Origin: Bdellovibrionales bacterium
Lineage (GTDB): Bacteria; Bdellovibrionota; Bdellovibrionia; Bdellovibrionales; JAUICD01
Direction: 5' to 3'
Assembly (NCBI GenBank): GCA_965262715.1
Contig: OZ253553.1
Span: 320,001 to 384,000 of the forward strand
DNA length: 64,000 nucleotides
The notes under the pieces were generated by a model that was not told the DNA's origin, searched no databases, and saw nothing but the letters and a program-made list of their open reading frames with translations. The translations under genes and the position numbers were made by a program. Positions 1 through 9,633 of the stretch are shown in pieces. The stretch's first letter is position 1. Each line of letters starts with the position of its first letter.

Positions 1-357
1 AGCATTAAGAGCTGTTGCTAAATCTTTTACTTCATCAAAGATAGATGCTGAATATTTTGCAGTCAATTGTTCAAGCTCAGATGCACTTTTAGCCAGTATA
101 ATTCTTTCTAGAAACAATCCTATCCATAATAAATTACTTGCCATCTGTATCTGGATTTCACATTGTCCTTCATTGCAATCGGCTTGATCTAAAGCCTCTT
201 CAAAAATAGAGAATTCTACTCTTTGAAGTTGAAAGTCTTCTACACCTAATCCTTCAGATGGCCTGTTAAAATTGTGTTTGGCAGAAGCAAAAAAAGGAGT
301 AAAAGCCATCGAGAAAGCTAAAACTACACACATAAAACATAAACTTAAATTTTTCAT
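1..357 (-). CDS. Secreted hypothetical protein, truncated by window edge
   Basis: ATG at 357 with GGAG RBS upstream; reads MKNLSLCFMCVVLAFSMAFTPFFASAK (signal-peptide-like) and stays open to position 1. Confidence 0.7.
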   Translation of the reverse strand, partial: MKNLSLCFMCVVLAFSMAFTPFFASAKHNFNRPSEGLGVEDFQLQRVEFSIFEEALDQADCNEGQCEIQIQMASNLLWIGLFLERIILAKSASELEQLTAKYSASIFDEVKDLATALNA

Positions 358-591
358 AATAATAATCTCCTATAATAATAATTTGTAAATTCAATATAAT
401 GGTTTAATTTAAAGCAAAAAGTATACCAACATGAAAGCAGGCTAAGATGGAAAGAAGGCTTGGAAAAAAGAGTTTGATATAGTGGAACAGGTGACTTTTT
501 TTGTCATAAAAGGCAAAACTCTGACAAAAATTGTAAAAAAATAGGTTTCTTTTTATCATCGATCTACTATTTTTAAGATGTCTTTTAGTTT

Positions 592-1134
592 GGTTCATGA
601 CAACTTAAGCTGATTTTTATAGGGGTTAACTCATTGTTATAATTATGAAAGGCAGGTGTTTTGTCTGTTTCCAGTTTTCTTAAGGCGAGTTTTAGAGAAA
701 TTAAGGGTTTAAGTGTTCTGGCATAACTTATAAAGATAAGTACCTAGCTTATCAGTTTCTTTTATGAAGTTATGATGACCAATGATATCTAATATAGCCT
801 GAACTGGTTTCACTCAAGATGAATCTGCCTCTGGGAGTTTTTTGGCAATGACCCTGGCGGCTAATGCCCTCAGCAAATAGCTTATTGCCTAGAAAACATG
901 TTTATTTTGAGTAAATAGATACTCTTCGTTTTTTATACCATGTTAGGGAAATCGGCTAAACTTATTTAAGTCTCATTGCCTTGAGGCCAGACTCGTGAGA
1001 CGAGTCTCTTCCCATTCTTATCATCAGTTTTTATCACTACTTATCTCTTTTGAATCTATATATAATGCTTGCAAATTGAACTTGAATGGTCATGCCGAAT
1101 CCCAGAATAAAGAAGGTTTAAGTTGTCATGAACC
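592..1134. mobile_element. Non-autonomous MITE-like element (IS1/IS6-like GGT ends) containing an X module
   Basis: Perfect 17-bp terminal inverted repeats GGTTCATGACAACTTAA / TTAAGTTGTCATGAACC; 8-bp target duplication TTTAGTTT at 584-591 and 1135-1142; no transposase ORF. Confidence 0.85.
807..951 (-). repeat. Structured repeat module X
   Basis: Same architecture as the 17311 copies, reverse orientation: CCTCTGG, GGCA...TGCC stem, ATGTTAGGGAAA end. Confidence 0.8.
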
Positions 1135-1135
1135 T

Positions 1136-1498
1136 TTAGTTTTTATTATCTATTAATTTTTCTATTTGTTGAACAGTATCAAAGATATCATCAAAGGGTT
1201 TAGTAAGACTCATATCAGCAAGCTTTGCTAAGGATTTAAAAGTGTGTTGATCTCCTGTATAGGCTGACATCACTGCAATTTTTGCTTTTGGCAGATCGTG
1301 TTTCATTCCTAATATCTGATTACCACTTAAATATGGCATGATAATATCTAACAACACAATATCAGGTTTTTCTTTCTTCCAAATATCTATTCCTTCTCTG
1401 CCGTCTTGGGCCATAAGAACTTTATGATTCTTTGATGTAAACACTCGGTTTAAGGCATGTCTTATGATTTTATCATCATCAATAATTAATATCTTCAA
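1136..1498 (-). CDS. Single-domain response regulator (receiver)
   Basis: KILIIDDD, PDIVLLDIIMP, SA, TKPF receiver motifs. Confidence 0.95.
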   Translation of the reverse strand: MKILIIDDDKIIRHALNRVFTSKNHKVLMAQDGREGIDIWKKEKPDIVLLDIIMPYLSGNQILGMKHDLPKAKIAVMSAYTGDQHTFKSLAKLADMSLTKPFDDIFDTVQQIEKLIDNKN

Positions 1499-1508
1499 AA
1501 TATGATCC

Positions 1509-3497
1509 TTATTCTTCTTGTGTGTTTTTATCAGGAGTTTTTACCGAGGGCAATCGGACGATAAATTGTGTCCCCTGTTGAAACTCTGTATTGTGAAAAA
1601 TCTCCCCATTGTATTTTTCTATAATATTTCTGCAAAGGTACAATCCTAAACCTGTTCCCTTACTTGCCATCTTTGTTGTTACAAATGGCAAAAATATTTG
1701 TTTTCTGATATCTTCTGGAATTCCTGGACCATTATCACTTACTCTTAATTCTACAAAATCAGATCCATTATGATTTATAACATTTGTTTCAATAGAAATT
1801 TCACCCTCTTCCTTGATGGCTTGACAGGAATTATTGATAAGATTAAAGACCACTTGTTGAATCAACTGCGATGAAACATTTACAAAAGATCCCTTTGAGT
1901 TAAGATGTATATCTAATTTGTGCAGCTGAGTGGCAGCTTTTAAAAAAGATAGGGTTTTTTGTACTAAATCATCAATCTCTACAGTATCTGGAGTTGTATG
2001 AGTCGCTGTGAACTCTAGTAGATTTTTAATAACATCCTGACACCTTTTTAAGGCTCTTTCAATTTCTATAATATCTTTATACAATTGTGAATGATTTTCA
2101 GCTTCTGCGGCAATGATCTGGGCCATTGCCCTCATCCCTGTTAAAGGATTATTGAGTTCATGAGTTATATTACCAGCTAAATGACCAAGAGCTGCCATTT
2201 TTTCATTTTGTATTACTTGTGAGTAAAGTTTTTTTGCATTTGTGATGTCCCTATAAATATAAACTTTATTTTCACTCATCTCTCCTAAGCCAGATTTTAA
2301 ATCCATAGGAAAACATCTTATCTCAAACAAGCGGTTGCCAATATTCATTTGATATGTAGATTTTTTTTGTATATGACTCATTTGCTTTTTAAAATCATTA
2401 AAATGCAGTTTTTGGAAACTTATATTGCATCTTAAAATACGATAGGAGTTATCAACTATGGCTATGGGATCAGAAATCACATCAAATGTTTTTTGCCATG
2501 TTTTAGCTATTGCCATCAATTCATTGTCATGAAAAATACGTTGAAAAGATATTTCTATACCTTGCATGTTTAATCTCATATATTGTTTGAAATCTTTAAG
2601 TTCATTTTCTTGAAAAACATGTTCAAAAAATAATGAGCCATGTTTTCCAAAAGGAATTTCAAGAAGTTGTCCTAAAGGTCTACCTAAAATATCAGCTAGG
2701 GTTTTGTGGATAAGCTGGTCCTTGTGTTTTTCTCTTGATAATCTTTGTTTTCTGATCATTCGACTTTGAAGATAATAAAAAGTAGGATCTTTTTTTAAAT
2801 GATTGACAATCAAAAGAGGGCCAATAATATGATGCCATCTTTTGTATTCATCTTTTAATGTGAGTAAATACTCTTCAAAGCCCGTTGCTATACTCAATTT
2901 TTGTACTAAATGTACTAATCTTTCTATTTTAAGTTTCTTTTTTTGAGCATCCAATTGAGCGGCTTTAATATGCTTCGTTCTGTCTTGGACTTTCTTTTCT
3001 AACTCTTGCATAGTTGTCTCTAAGTTTTTATTGATCAAAGTGATCTCTTCCACAATTTTGATTCTATTTATAGATAATGAGTACTTGTCTATGGATTTTT
3101 TGATCAAAGAAAGTATGTCTTTTATATCCCATTTGGAATTAAAGATACCTAAAACATTAACTTTATTCACACAGTTTATAATTTCTCGACATGTTAAGCT
3201 ATTAGCATATAAAAGGCACTTTGTGTCCGGATAGATGTTTTTCAAGTGAATTAAAAAATCTAAAAATGGGATATTTGACAAAGCGTTTCGGATGTTCTTT
3301 GAAGACTGCTGTACAATAACTGCTGCAAAATGTGATTGTGATATTTTGTGTTGAGCTGCTTTTAAATCTTCTGCATAGAAAACTTGTATTTGAGGGAACT
3401 GAGCCCCTATGGCAGGAATTAAATCTTTTTTTAAAAAAGATTGATCCTGCTTGTTATGAGTATTATTTAGACATATCAATAGATTAAGTTTTGTCAT
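1509..3497 (-). CDS. Sensor histidine kinase (degenerate N-terminal receiver-like region, PAS-like region, HisKA/HATPase)
   Basis: H-box THELNNPL, N-box NLINNS, G1 DNGPGI, F-box FLPFVTTK, G2 GTGLGL. Confidence 0.93.
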   Translation of the reverse strand: MTKLNLLICLNNTHNKQDQSFLKKDLIPAIGAQFPQIQVFYAEDLKAAQHKISQSHFAAVIVQQSSKNIRNALSNIPFLDFLIHLKNIYPDTKCLLYANSLTCREIINCVNKVNVLGIFNSKWDIKDILSLIKKSIDKYSLSINRIKIVEEITLINKNLETTMQELEKKVQDRTKHIKAAQLDAQKKKLKIERLVHLVQKLSIATGFEEYLLTLKDEYKRWHHIIGPLLIVNHLKKDPTFYYLQSRMIRKQRLSREKHKDQLIHKTLADILGRPLGQLLEIPFGKHGSLFFEHVFQENELKDFKQYMRLNMQGIEISFQRIFHDNELMAIAKTWQKTFDVISDPIAIVDNSYRILRCNISFQKLHFNDFKKQMSHIQKKSTYQMNIGNRLFEIRCFPMDLKSGLGEMSENKVYIYRDITNAKKLYSQVIQNEKMAALGHLAGNITHELNNPLTGMRAMAQIIAAEAENHSQLYKDIIEIERALKRCQDVIKNLLEFTATHTTPDTVEIDDLVQKTLSFLKAATQLHKLDIHLNSKGSFVNVSSQLIQQVVFNLINNSCQAIKEEGEISIETNVINHNGSDFVELRVSDNGPGIPEDIRKQIFLPFVTTKMASKGTGLGLYLCRNIIEKYNGEIFHNTEFQQGTQFIVRLPSVKTPDKNTQEE

Positions 3498-3503
3498 TTA
3501 CAA

Positions 3504-5603
3504 TTATAAAAGAACTTTACGTGATAACTTGATGCGCCCTGTACGATCAATGTCTAAAACCTTAACATTGATTTTTTCTCCTTCTTTTATATAGTCTGTT
3601 ACATTCATGACTCTTTCATTTGCGATTTCAGATATGTGTAATAACCCTGTGGTGTTAGCTAAAATCTCTACAAAAGCGCCAAAATCTGTAACTTTAACAA
3701 CCTTGCCTTCATAAACCTTACCTAATTCTGGATCTGCAACAATACTTTTAATAATTTCTAAAGCACGTTTTCTATCTTCTAAATTTGAAGATATGATATT
3801 CACTGCACCGTCATCTGTAATGTCAATCTTAACACCTGTTGTGGCAATGATTTCCTTGATCTTACGACCACTAGGTCCTATAATATCTTTTATTTTGTCT
3901 GTATTGATCTTTAATGTCTCTATTCTAGGCGCGAATTCAGATAATTCGCTGCGAGGACGAGAGACGACTTCCTCCATCTTATCTAAAATTGTACTCCTGC
4001 CTTCTTTAGCTTGCATAAGAGATTTTTCAATTGTATCAAAATCAATATTATCTATCTTGATATCCATTTGAAGTGCTGTAATTCCATCCTTTGTTCCTGC
4101 TACTTTAAAATCCATGTCACCTAAATGATCTTCATCACCTAAAATATCTGATAAAATAGCTACTTGATTGTCTTCCTTAATAAGCCCCATAGCAATTCCA
4201 GCCACATTAGCTTTAACAGGAACTCCAGCGTCTAGGAGGGCTAGCATAGCAGAACACACTGTTCCCATAGAACTAGAACCATTTGACTCTAAGACTTCAC
4301 CGACAACTCTTATAATATAAGGGAATTTCTCTTCATCAGGTAAAATGGCAACAAGAGACCTCTCTGCTAAAAATCCATGACCAACTTCCCTACGACTCTG
4401 TCCTCCTATTCGTCCCGTCTCCCCTACACAAAAAGGAGGAAAGTTATAATGTAAGAGAAATCTCTTGCTTAAATTACCATGTAATGTATCAATGTTTTGA
4501 GCGTCATCAGATGTTCCCAGTGTGACTGTGCCTAAAACTTGAGTTTCTCCTCTTGTGAAAAGTCCTGATCCATGTGCTCTTGGTAAAAGCCCGACTTCAC
4601 ATTCAATATGACGTATTTGAGTATTGCTCCTTCCATCAATACGAATGCCTTTATTTAAAATTGTTGAACGTACTGTTTCGTATTTAAGGTTATCATAAAT
4701 AGCTTGTACCATTTTAGTATGTTCTTCTCTTGCTTTCTCAGAAAAGTTTTCAGGAAGTTCCTCAATAAACTTCTTGATGACTTCTGTTTTGATTGCTGAA
4801 AGTCTTTCGTATCTTTCTTGCTTTGCTTTGATCTTTAACCCTGAAGTTATCTGGTCTTTTGCAGCGTCTTTGACTCTTGTTTGAAGTGCTTTATCTACTT
4901 TTGGAGGAGTAAAGATTCGTTTTTCTTTGGCCACCTTTGATCGAATGTCTTCTTGAGCTTCTATAACAGGTAAAAAAGATTTATGCGCAAGCTTCAAAGC
5001 TTCTAAAACTTCACTTTCTGTAAGTAAATTAGCTTCTCCTTCTACCATTAAAAGTCCTTTCCTTGTTCCTGCAACTATCATGTTTATATCAGATTCTTTA
5101 ACTTGTGAGGGGTTTGGATTTAAGATTACTTCTTTATTCACTCTAGAAAGTTGTACAAAGCAAACAGGTCCCGCAAAAGGAATGTCACTGATATGAAGAG
5201 CTGCTGAAGAGGCTATACCCGCTAGAATATTGACAGGAAAAAGACCATCAAAGCTCAATACAGTTGTAATGATCTGTGTTTCATGGGCGTAACCTGATGG
5301 GAAAAGAGGACGTAAAGGGCGGTCAATCAACCGACAATTTAATATGGTTAATTCCGTTGGTCGTCCTTCTCTCTTAAAATAACCACCAGGAATCTTTCCA
5401 GAAGCATAAAGCCTCTCTTGATATTCCACTGTTAAAGGGAAGAAATCTAGTTGAGAGGTTTGTTTAGAAGAAACAACTGTTGCCAAAACAATGTTGTTTC
5501 CACATCTGGCCACTACAGCCCCATCTGCTTGTTTAGCCATCACTCCTGTTTCAAGAGTGATTGTATTTTGATCTACTTTACATTGAACTGTTGTCTTTTT
5601 CAT
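3504..5603 (-). CDS. pnp: Polyribonucleotide nucleotidyltransferase
   Basis: FFPLTVEYQER, RREVGHG, ESNGSSSM, DHLGDMDFK, KH and S1 domains; follows rpsO. Confidence 0.99.
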   Translation of the reverse strand: MKKTTVQCKVDQNTITLETGVMAKQADGAVVARCGNNIVLATVVSSKQTSQLDFFPLTVEYQERLYASGKIPGGYFKREGRPTELTILNCRLIDRPLRPLFPSGYAHETQIITTVLSFDGLFPVNILAGIASSAALHISDIPFAGPVCFVQLSRVNKEVILNPNPSQVKESDINMIVAGTRKGLLMVEGEANLLTESEVLEALKLAHKSFLPVIEAQEDIRSKVAKEKRIFTPPKVDKALQTRVKDAAKDQITSGLKIKAKQERYERLSAIKTEVIKKFIEELPENFSEKAREEHTKMVQAIYDNLKYETVRSTILNKGIRIDGRSNTQIRHIECEVGLLPRAHGSGLFTRGETQVLGTVTLGTSDDAQNIDTLHGNLSKRFLLHYNFPPFCVGETGRIGGQSRREVGHGFLAERSLVAILPDEEKFPYIIRVVGEVLESNGSSSMGTVCSAMLALLDAGVPVKANVAGIAMGLIKEDNQVAILSDILGDEDHLGDMDFKVAGTKDGITALQMDIKIDNIDFDTIEKSLMQAKEGRSTILDKMEEVVSRPRSELSEFAPRIETLKINTDKIKDIIGPSGRKIKEIIATTGVKIDITDDGAVNIISSNLEDRKRALEIIKSIVADPELGKVYEGKVVKVTDFGAFVEILANTTGLLHISEIANERVMNVTDYIKEGEKINVKVLDIDRTGRIKLSRKVLL

Positions 5604-5647
5604 AAGTTACATCCTTTATTGTATTATTTTGTTAAAACACATTTATA

Positions 5648-5926
5648 TTATTTGCGAATATTAAGAGTAGTGATAAGTGACTTATATCTTTTAAAATCCT
5701 TTTGTTTTAAATAATCTAATGAACGTCGTCTCTTATTCACTAAATGGATTAAGCCTCTACGGCTGTGTCGATCTTTCTTATGAACTTTAAAGTGTTCAGT
5801 AAGGTGTTCGATCCAACGTGTTAATAAAGCAACCTGTACCTCCAAACGACCTGTGTCTAAAACACCAGAATCACTTGATTGAAACTTTTTAATAATTTCT
5901 AATTTTTCTTCTTTGTGTAATCCCAT
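5648..5926 (-). CDS. rpsO: 30S ribosomal protein S15
   Basis: DTG..EVQVALLT, HKKDRHSRRGL, LDYLK. Confidence 0.98.
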   Translation of the reverse strand: MGLHKEEKLEIIKKFQSSDSGVLDTGRLEVQVALLTRWIEHLTEHFKVHKKDRHSRRGLIHLVNKRRRSLDYLKQKDFKRYKSLITTLNIRK

Positions 5927-5961
5927 GAAATCTCCTATAAGTAAGATCTGAGTTAAAAAAA

Positions 5962-6963
5962 TTATCTATTAAAAACACAAGTTACTTTTATCTTATTTTT
6001 TATTGATTCATATTTAAGTAAGACAAGTAAGTTTCCTGTGTGAGCACTATACACCTTTACTCCTAGAGTATCTTGAGGCTGCTTATCCAGCAATTGCTTG
6101 ATTTCCCATTCCATTCCTTCAGGTACTCTGCCATGCATGATATATTTTTCCCAACGATCGCGAACTATGTATTTTGGCCAATGAGGTAAAACATCTTCTA
6201 ATGGAATAAAACCTGGCTTGTGCTTTTCAGACCAAGTGTTTAATGTCTCTAAATTAACAGCCTGTTGTAATTTATATGGGTCAGAAGCTGTCCTTTCTAA
6301 TTGACTGACAATACCTCCTACCTCTAAATACTCACCTATAGTATTTGCCCATGAACGAACAAAAGAACCTTTTGATGCGCGTAAGAAAGCTTTGAAATAA
6401 GGAAGACAGATCTCAGTGATTTGCAATTGATCAAAAGACATTGTTCTGTGTATCTCTGGAACTTTTGTTTTTTTGTCTTTAGCATTTTTTCTAGCATATT
6501 CATAAAGCTTTTTGCCTTTAAATTTAACTGCAGAGTAAGAGGGTACTTTAAAAGTAAGAGTGGTTGTGAATTTTTCAATAACTTGCTTAACTTTCTCACG
6601 AGATAAGTGGTTTATATTTCGCTCTTCTATAATCTGTCCATCACTATCCCACGTATCTGTTTTTATTCCTAATGTAACAGATACTTTGTAAGTTTTATGG
6701 ACATTAAGTAAGTAAGGAGAGAGCTTTGTACCTTGATTGATTAGAAGAACCATTAAACCAGATGATAAAGGATCAAGAGTGCCAGAGTGCCCTACCTTTT
6801 GAGTGCCCAATATATTACGTATTTTTTGAACAATATCATGACTAGTTAAGCCGCTTGGTTTGTTGATCAGGATAATGCCATTCTCTTTAAAAGCCAATCG
6901 CTTTTGATCGGCTATATAGCAGAAAGGTTGGTATGAATTATGAAAACTGTCTAGACTTTTCAT
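5962..6963 (-). CDS. truB: tRNA pseudouridine(55) synthase
   Basis: INKPSGLTSHD, KVGHSGTLDPLSSG, YSAVKFKGKKLYEYAR, SKGSFVRS. Confidence 0.96.
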   Translation of the reverse strand: MKSLDSFHNSYQPFCYIADQKRLAFKENGIILINKPSGLTSHDIVQKIRNILGTQKVGHSGTLDPLSSGLMVLLINQGTKLSPYLLNVHKTYKVSVTLGIKTDTWDSDGQIIEERNINHLSREKVKQVIEKFTTTLTFKVPSYSAVKFKGKKLYEYARKNAKDKKTKVPEIHRTMSFDQLQITEICLPYFKAFLRASKGSFVRSWANTIGEYLEVGGIVSQLERTASDPYKLQQAVNLETLNTWSEKHKPGFIPLEDVLPHWPKYIVRDRWEKYIMHGRVPEGMEWEIKQLLDKQPQDTLGVKVYSAHTGNLLVLLKYESIKNKIKVTCVFNR

Positions 6964-9584
6964 ATAGTTTTTGGCACTTCGACCACCTTAAATACTTCAA
7001 TTATATCTCCTACTTTGATGTCATTAAATCTTTCAATGCTTAATCCACATTCAAAACCACTTGCAACTTCTTTTGCATCCTCTTTAAACCTCTTTAAAGT
7101 ATTAATTTTTCCTTCATAGATGATAACTCCATCTCTCAAAAGCCTGATTTCAGAACCTCTTTGAATTTTTCCATTTAAAACAGAACAACCTGCAACAGTT
7201 CCTACCTTAGATACAGAAAATGTATTTCGTACTTCCAGATGACCGGTAACTTGCTGCTCAAATGTAGGTTTTAAAAGACCTTTGATGGCATTTTCTATAT
7301 CTTGAATAAGATCATAAATAATCTTATAAGTTTTGATTTGAACTTTTTCGCGTTTAGCAAGCTGTAGGGCACCATTATCTGGCCTGACATTAAATCCTAC
7401 CACCATTCCACTTGCCGCGCTGGCAAGTAAAATATCTGACTCGTTAATACCACCAACCGCTTGATGAATAATTTTTAAATTCACTTCTGTTGTGGCTGTG
7501 GGCATTTTATCTAAAATACTTTTGAGGGATTTCTCTATTGCTTCTCCTGTTCCACGCACATCCGTTTTTAAAATTAGAGATAGTGTGCTGAACTGCTCTG
7601 TTTTGACCTTAGAAAATAAATCCTCTAAAGACATTTGAGAGTGAGGTGTGACAGAGGTGGTACCCTGCATGGCTTCTCTTTTTTTGATAATTTCAGAAAT
7701 ATGAGATTCTTTTTCGCAAATATCAAATCGGTCTCCTGCATTTGGACATTCCTCTAAACCTAAGACTTCAATAGGAGTTCCAGGGCCTGCAATATTTATT
7801 TTTTGACCTCTGTCATTCATCATGGCCCTGACCCGCCCACCTATTTTACCTGCAACGATATGTTGCCCCACAGACACACTGCCATCTTGTACTAAAAGAG
7901 TGGATACAGGACCTCTTCCTTTTTTAACTTCTGCTTCAATCACAATGCCTGTGCCAGATTGCTTAGGATTTGCTTTTATATCTTGCATTTCTGATACAAG
8001 AAGAACGGTCTCTAAAAGATCAGATATGCCTTCACCTTTTGGAGATGATATAGGAATAAAAATAGTGCTACCTCCCCACTCTTCTGATACTAAATCAAAC
8101 TTAGTAGCTTCTTGCCTAATTTTTTCTATATCTGCTTCTGGTTTATCTATTTTACTGACAGCTACAATGATTGGAGTTTTTGCTGCTTTAGCATGATTAA
8201 TGGCCTCTATCGTTTGTGGCATAATGCCATCATCAGCAGCAATTACGATAATTGCAATATCTGTTACATTGGCTCCCCTAGCTCTCATGGCTGTGAAAGC
8301 CTCATGTCCAGGCGTGTCAATAAAAGTGATACTCTTTTTATCCTTAATGTTTTTACCACTTAAATGAACAGAGTAAGCCCCAATGTGTTGGGTAATACTG
8401 CCTGCTTCTCCTGAAACCACATTGGTTTTTCTGATTGTATCTAGTAAGGTGGTTTTACCATGATCAATATGTCCCATTACAGTGACAATAGGTGTGCGTG
8501 GCACTTTTTCAGCCTTTATATCTCCAAAATGAGCATCAACAATCAAGTCTTCTAGTGAACGTTCAATATTCTCTGTTTCGTATTGAAATTCAGATGCAAT
8601 TAAAGAGGCTGTTTCATGGTCTAATACAGAGTGGATATTTGCTTGAACACCATTTTTAATGAGGGAGGCGATTAATTGACTGGATTTGACTTGCATTTGT
8701 TGAGCAAAGTCCGTCACAGTGATATGTCCATGTAACTTCACAACTCTTTTATACGCAGCAGGAGTGGTGATTTTTGTTTTTTTAACTTCTCTGTCCAAAA
8801 TAAGATTCTTCTTTTTTGGTTGAAAAATCACTTCTCTTTTTCGAAACTCAGAACCTAAAAACAAAGAACTAGACTCTTCTTTTTGTATATTAATTTTTGT
8901 TGTTTTCAGTTCTTTTAAGGTAGGAAGTTGTTTTTTACTGATTTCTCGATTCTTATGAGAAGGTACATCAACTTGAGAGATCAATTTTTCAGGGCTATAA
9001 CCATGTGCCATTTGAGGTTTTGTAGTTTTACTTAAATCTATTTCTCCAACAATGGCTTTACCTGTGATTTTTGTATCATAAGATTTTTCTTCTTGAGCTG
9101 ATTTTAGTGGAGTTTTAGAGGCTTTTTGATCAAGGCTTTTTGCATCTGTCTTTTTGATATCCTTCTTTGTCTCGGGTTGATCTTCTTTATTAATTTGCGC
9201 TTTTTGTTGATCCTCTAGCTCTAAAGCCTCTTTTTCTAGTTGCTTTTGAGCTCTTGCATAAGTTTGTTTAGCTGAAGGTAGATCACTAGCCTTTCTTCTG
9301 ATCACTTTTTTCTTAGTTACTTTTTTTTGTGCGGTAGATTTATGAGTTGTCTTTACTTTTGTTTTTGAAGCTGTGGTTTTTTTACTCACCTTTTTTTTCT
9401 TTTTTTGAGTTTTCACTTTTTTCTTTTCTGATAAAAGATGAGAGCGTATGGACTTTAATGTTTCTTCATCCAGTTCTGTCATGTGATTTTTGACAGGAAT
9501 GTTCCACTGCCTCAGTTTATCCATCAAAGACAAAGTTTCTATGCCTATCTCTTTTGCAAATTCAAATACTTTTGGTTGTGTCAC
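6960..9584 (-). CDS. infB: Translation initiation factor IF-2
   Basis: GHIDHGKTT, DTPGHEAF, C-terminal LKRFKEDAKEVASGFECG. Confidence 0.99.
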   Translation of the reverse strand: MTQPKVFEFAKEIGIETLSLMDKLRQWNIPVKNHMTELDEETLKSIRSHLLSEKKKVKTQKKKKKVSKKTTASKTKVKTTHKSTAQKKVTKKKVIRRKASDLPSAKQTYARAQKQLEKEALELEDQQKAQINKEDQPETKKDIKKTDAKSLDQKASKTPLKSAQEEKSYDTKITGKAIVGEIDLSKTTKPQMAHGYSPEKLISQVDVPSHKNREISKKQLPTLKELKTTKINIQKEESSSLFLGSEFRKREVIFQPKKKNLILDREVKKTKITTPAAYKRVVKLHGHITVTDFAQQMQVKSSQLIASLIKNGVQANIHSVLDHETASLIASEFQYETENIERSLEDLIVDAHFGDIKAEKVPRTPIVTVMGHIDHGKTTLLDTIRKTNVVSGEAGSITQHIGAYSVHLSGKNIKDKKSITFIDTPGHEAFTAMRARGANVTDIAIIVIAADDGIMPQTIEAINHAKAAKTPIIVAVSKIDKPEADIEKIRQEATKFDLVSEEWGGSTIFIPISSPKGEGISDLLETVLLVSEMQDIKANPKQSGTGIVIEAEVKKGRGPVSTLLVQDGSVSVGQHIVAGKIGGRVRAMMNDRGQKINIAGPGTPIEVLGLEECPNAGDRFDICEKESHISEIIKKREAMQGTTSVTPHSQMSLEDLFSKVKTEQFSTLSLILKTDVRGTGEAIEKSLKSILDKMPTATTEVNLKIIHQAVGGINESDILLASAASGMVVGFNVRPDNGALQLAKREKVQIKTYKIIYDLIQDIENAIKGLLKPTFEQQVTGHLEVRNTFSVSKVGTVAGCSVLNGKIQRGSEIRLLRDGVIIYEGKINTLKRFKEDAKEVASGFECGLSIERFNDIKVGDIIEVFKVVEVPKTI

Positions 9585-9633
9585 AAAAGCCTCTTTACCA
9601 TAAATTCTTATTTTTTCTTTAACTTTATATTAT

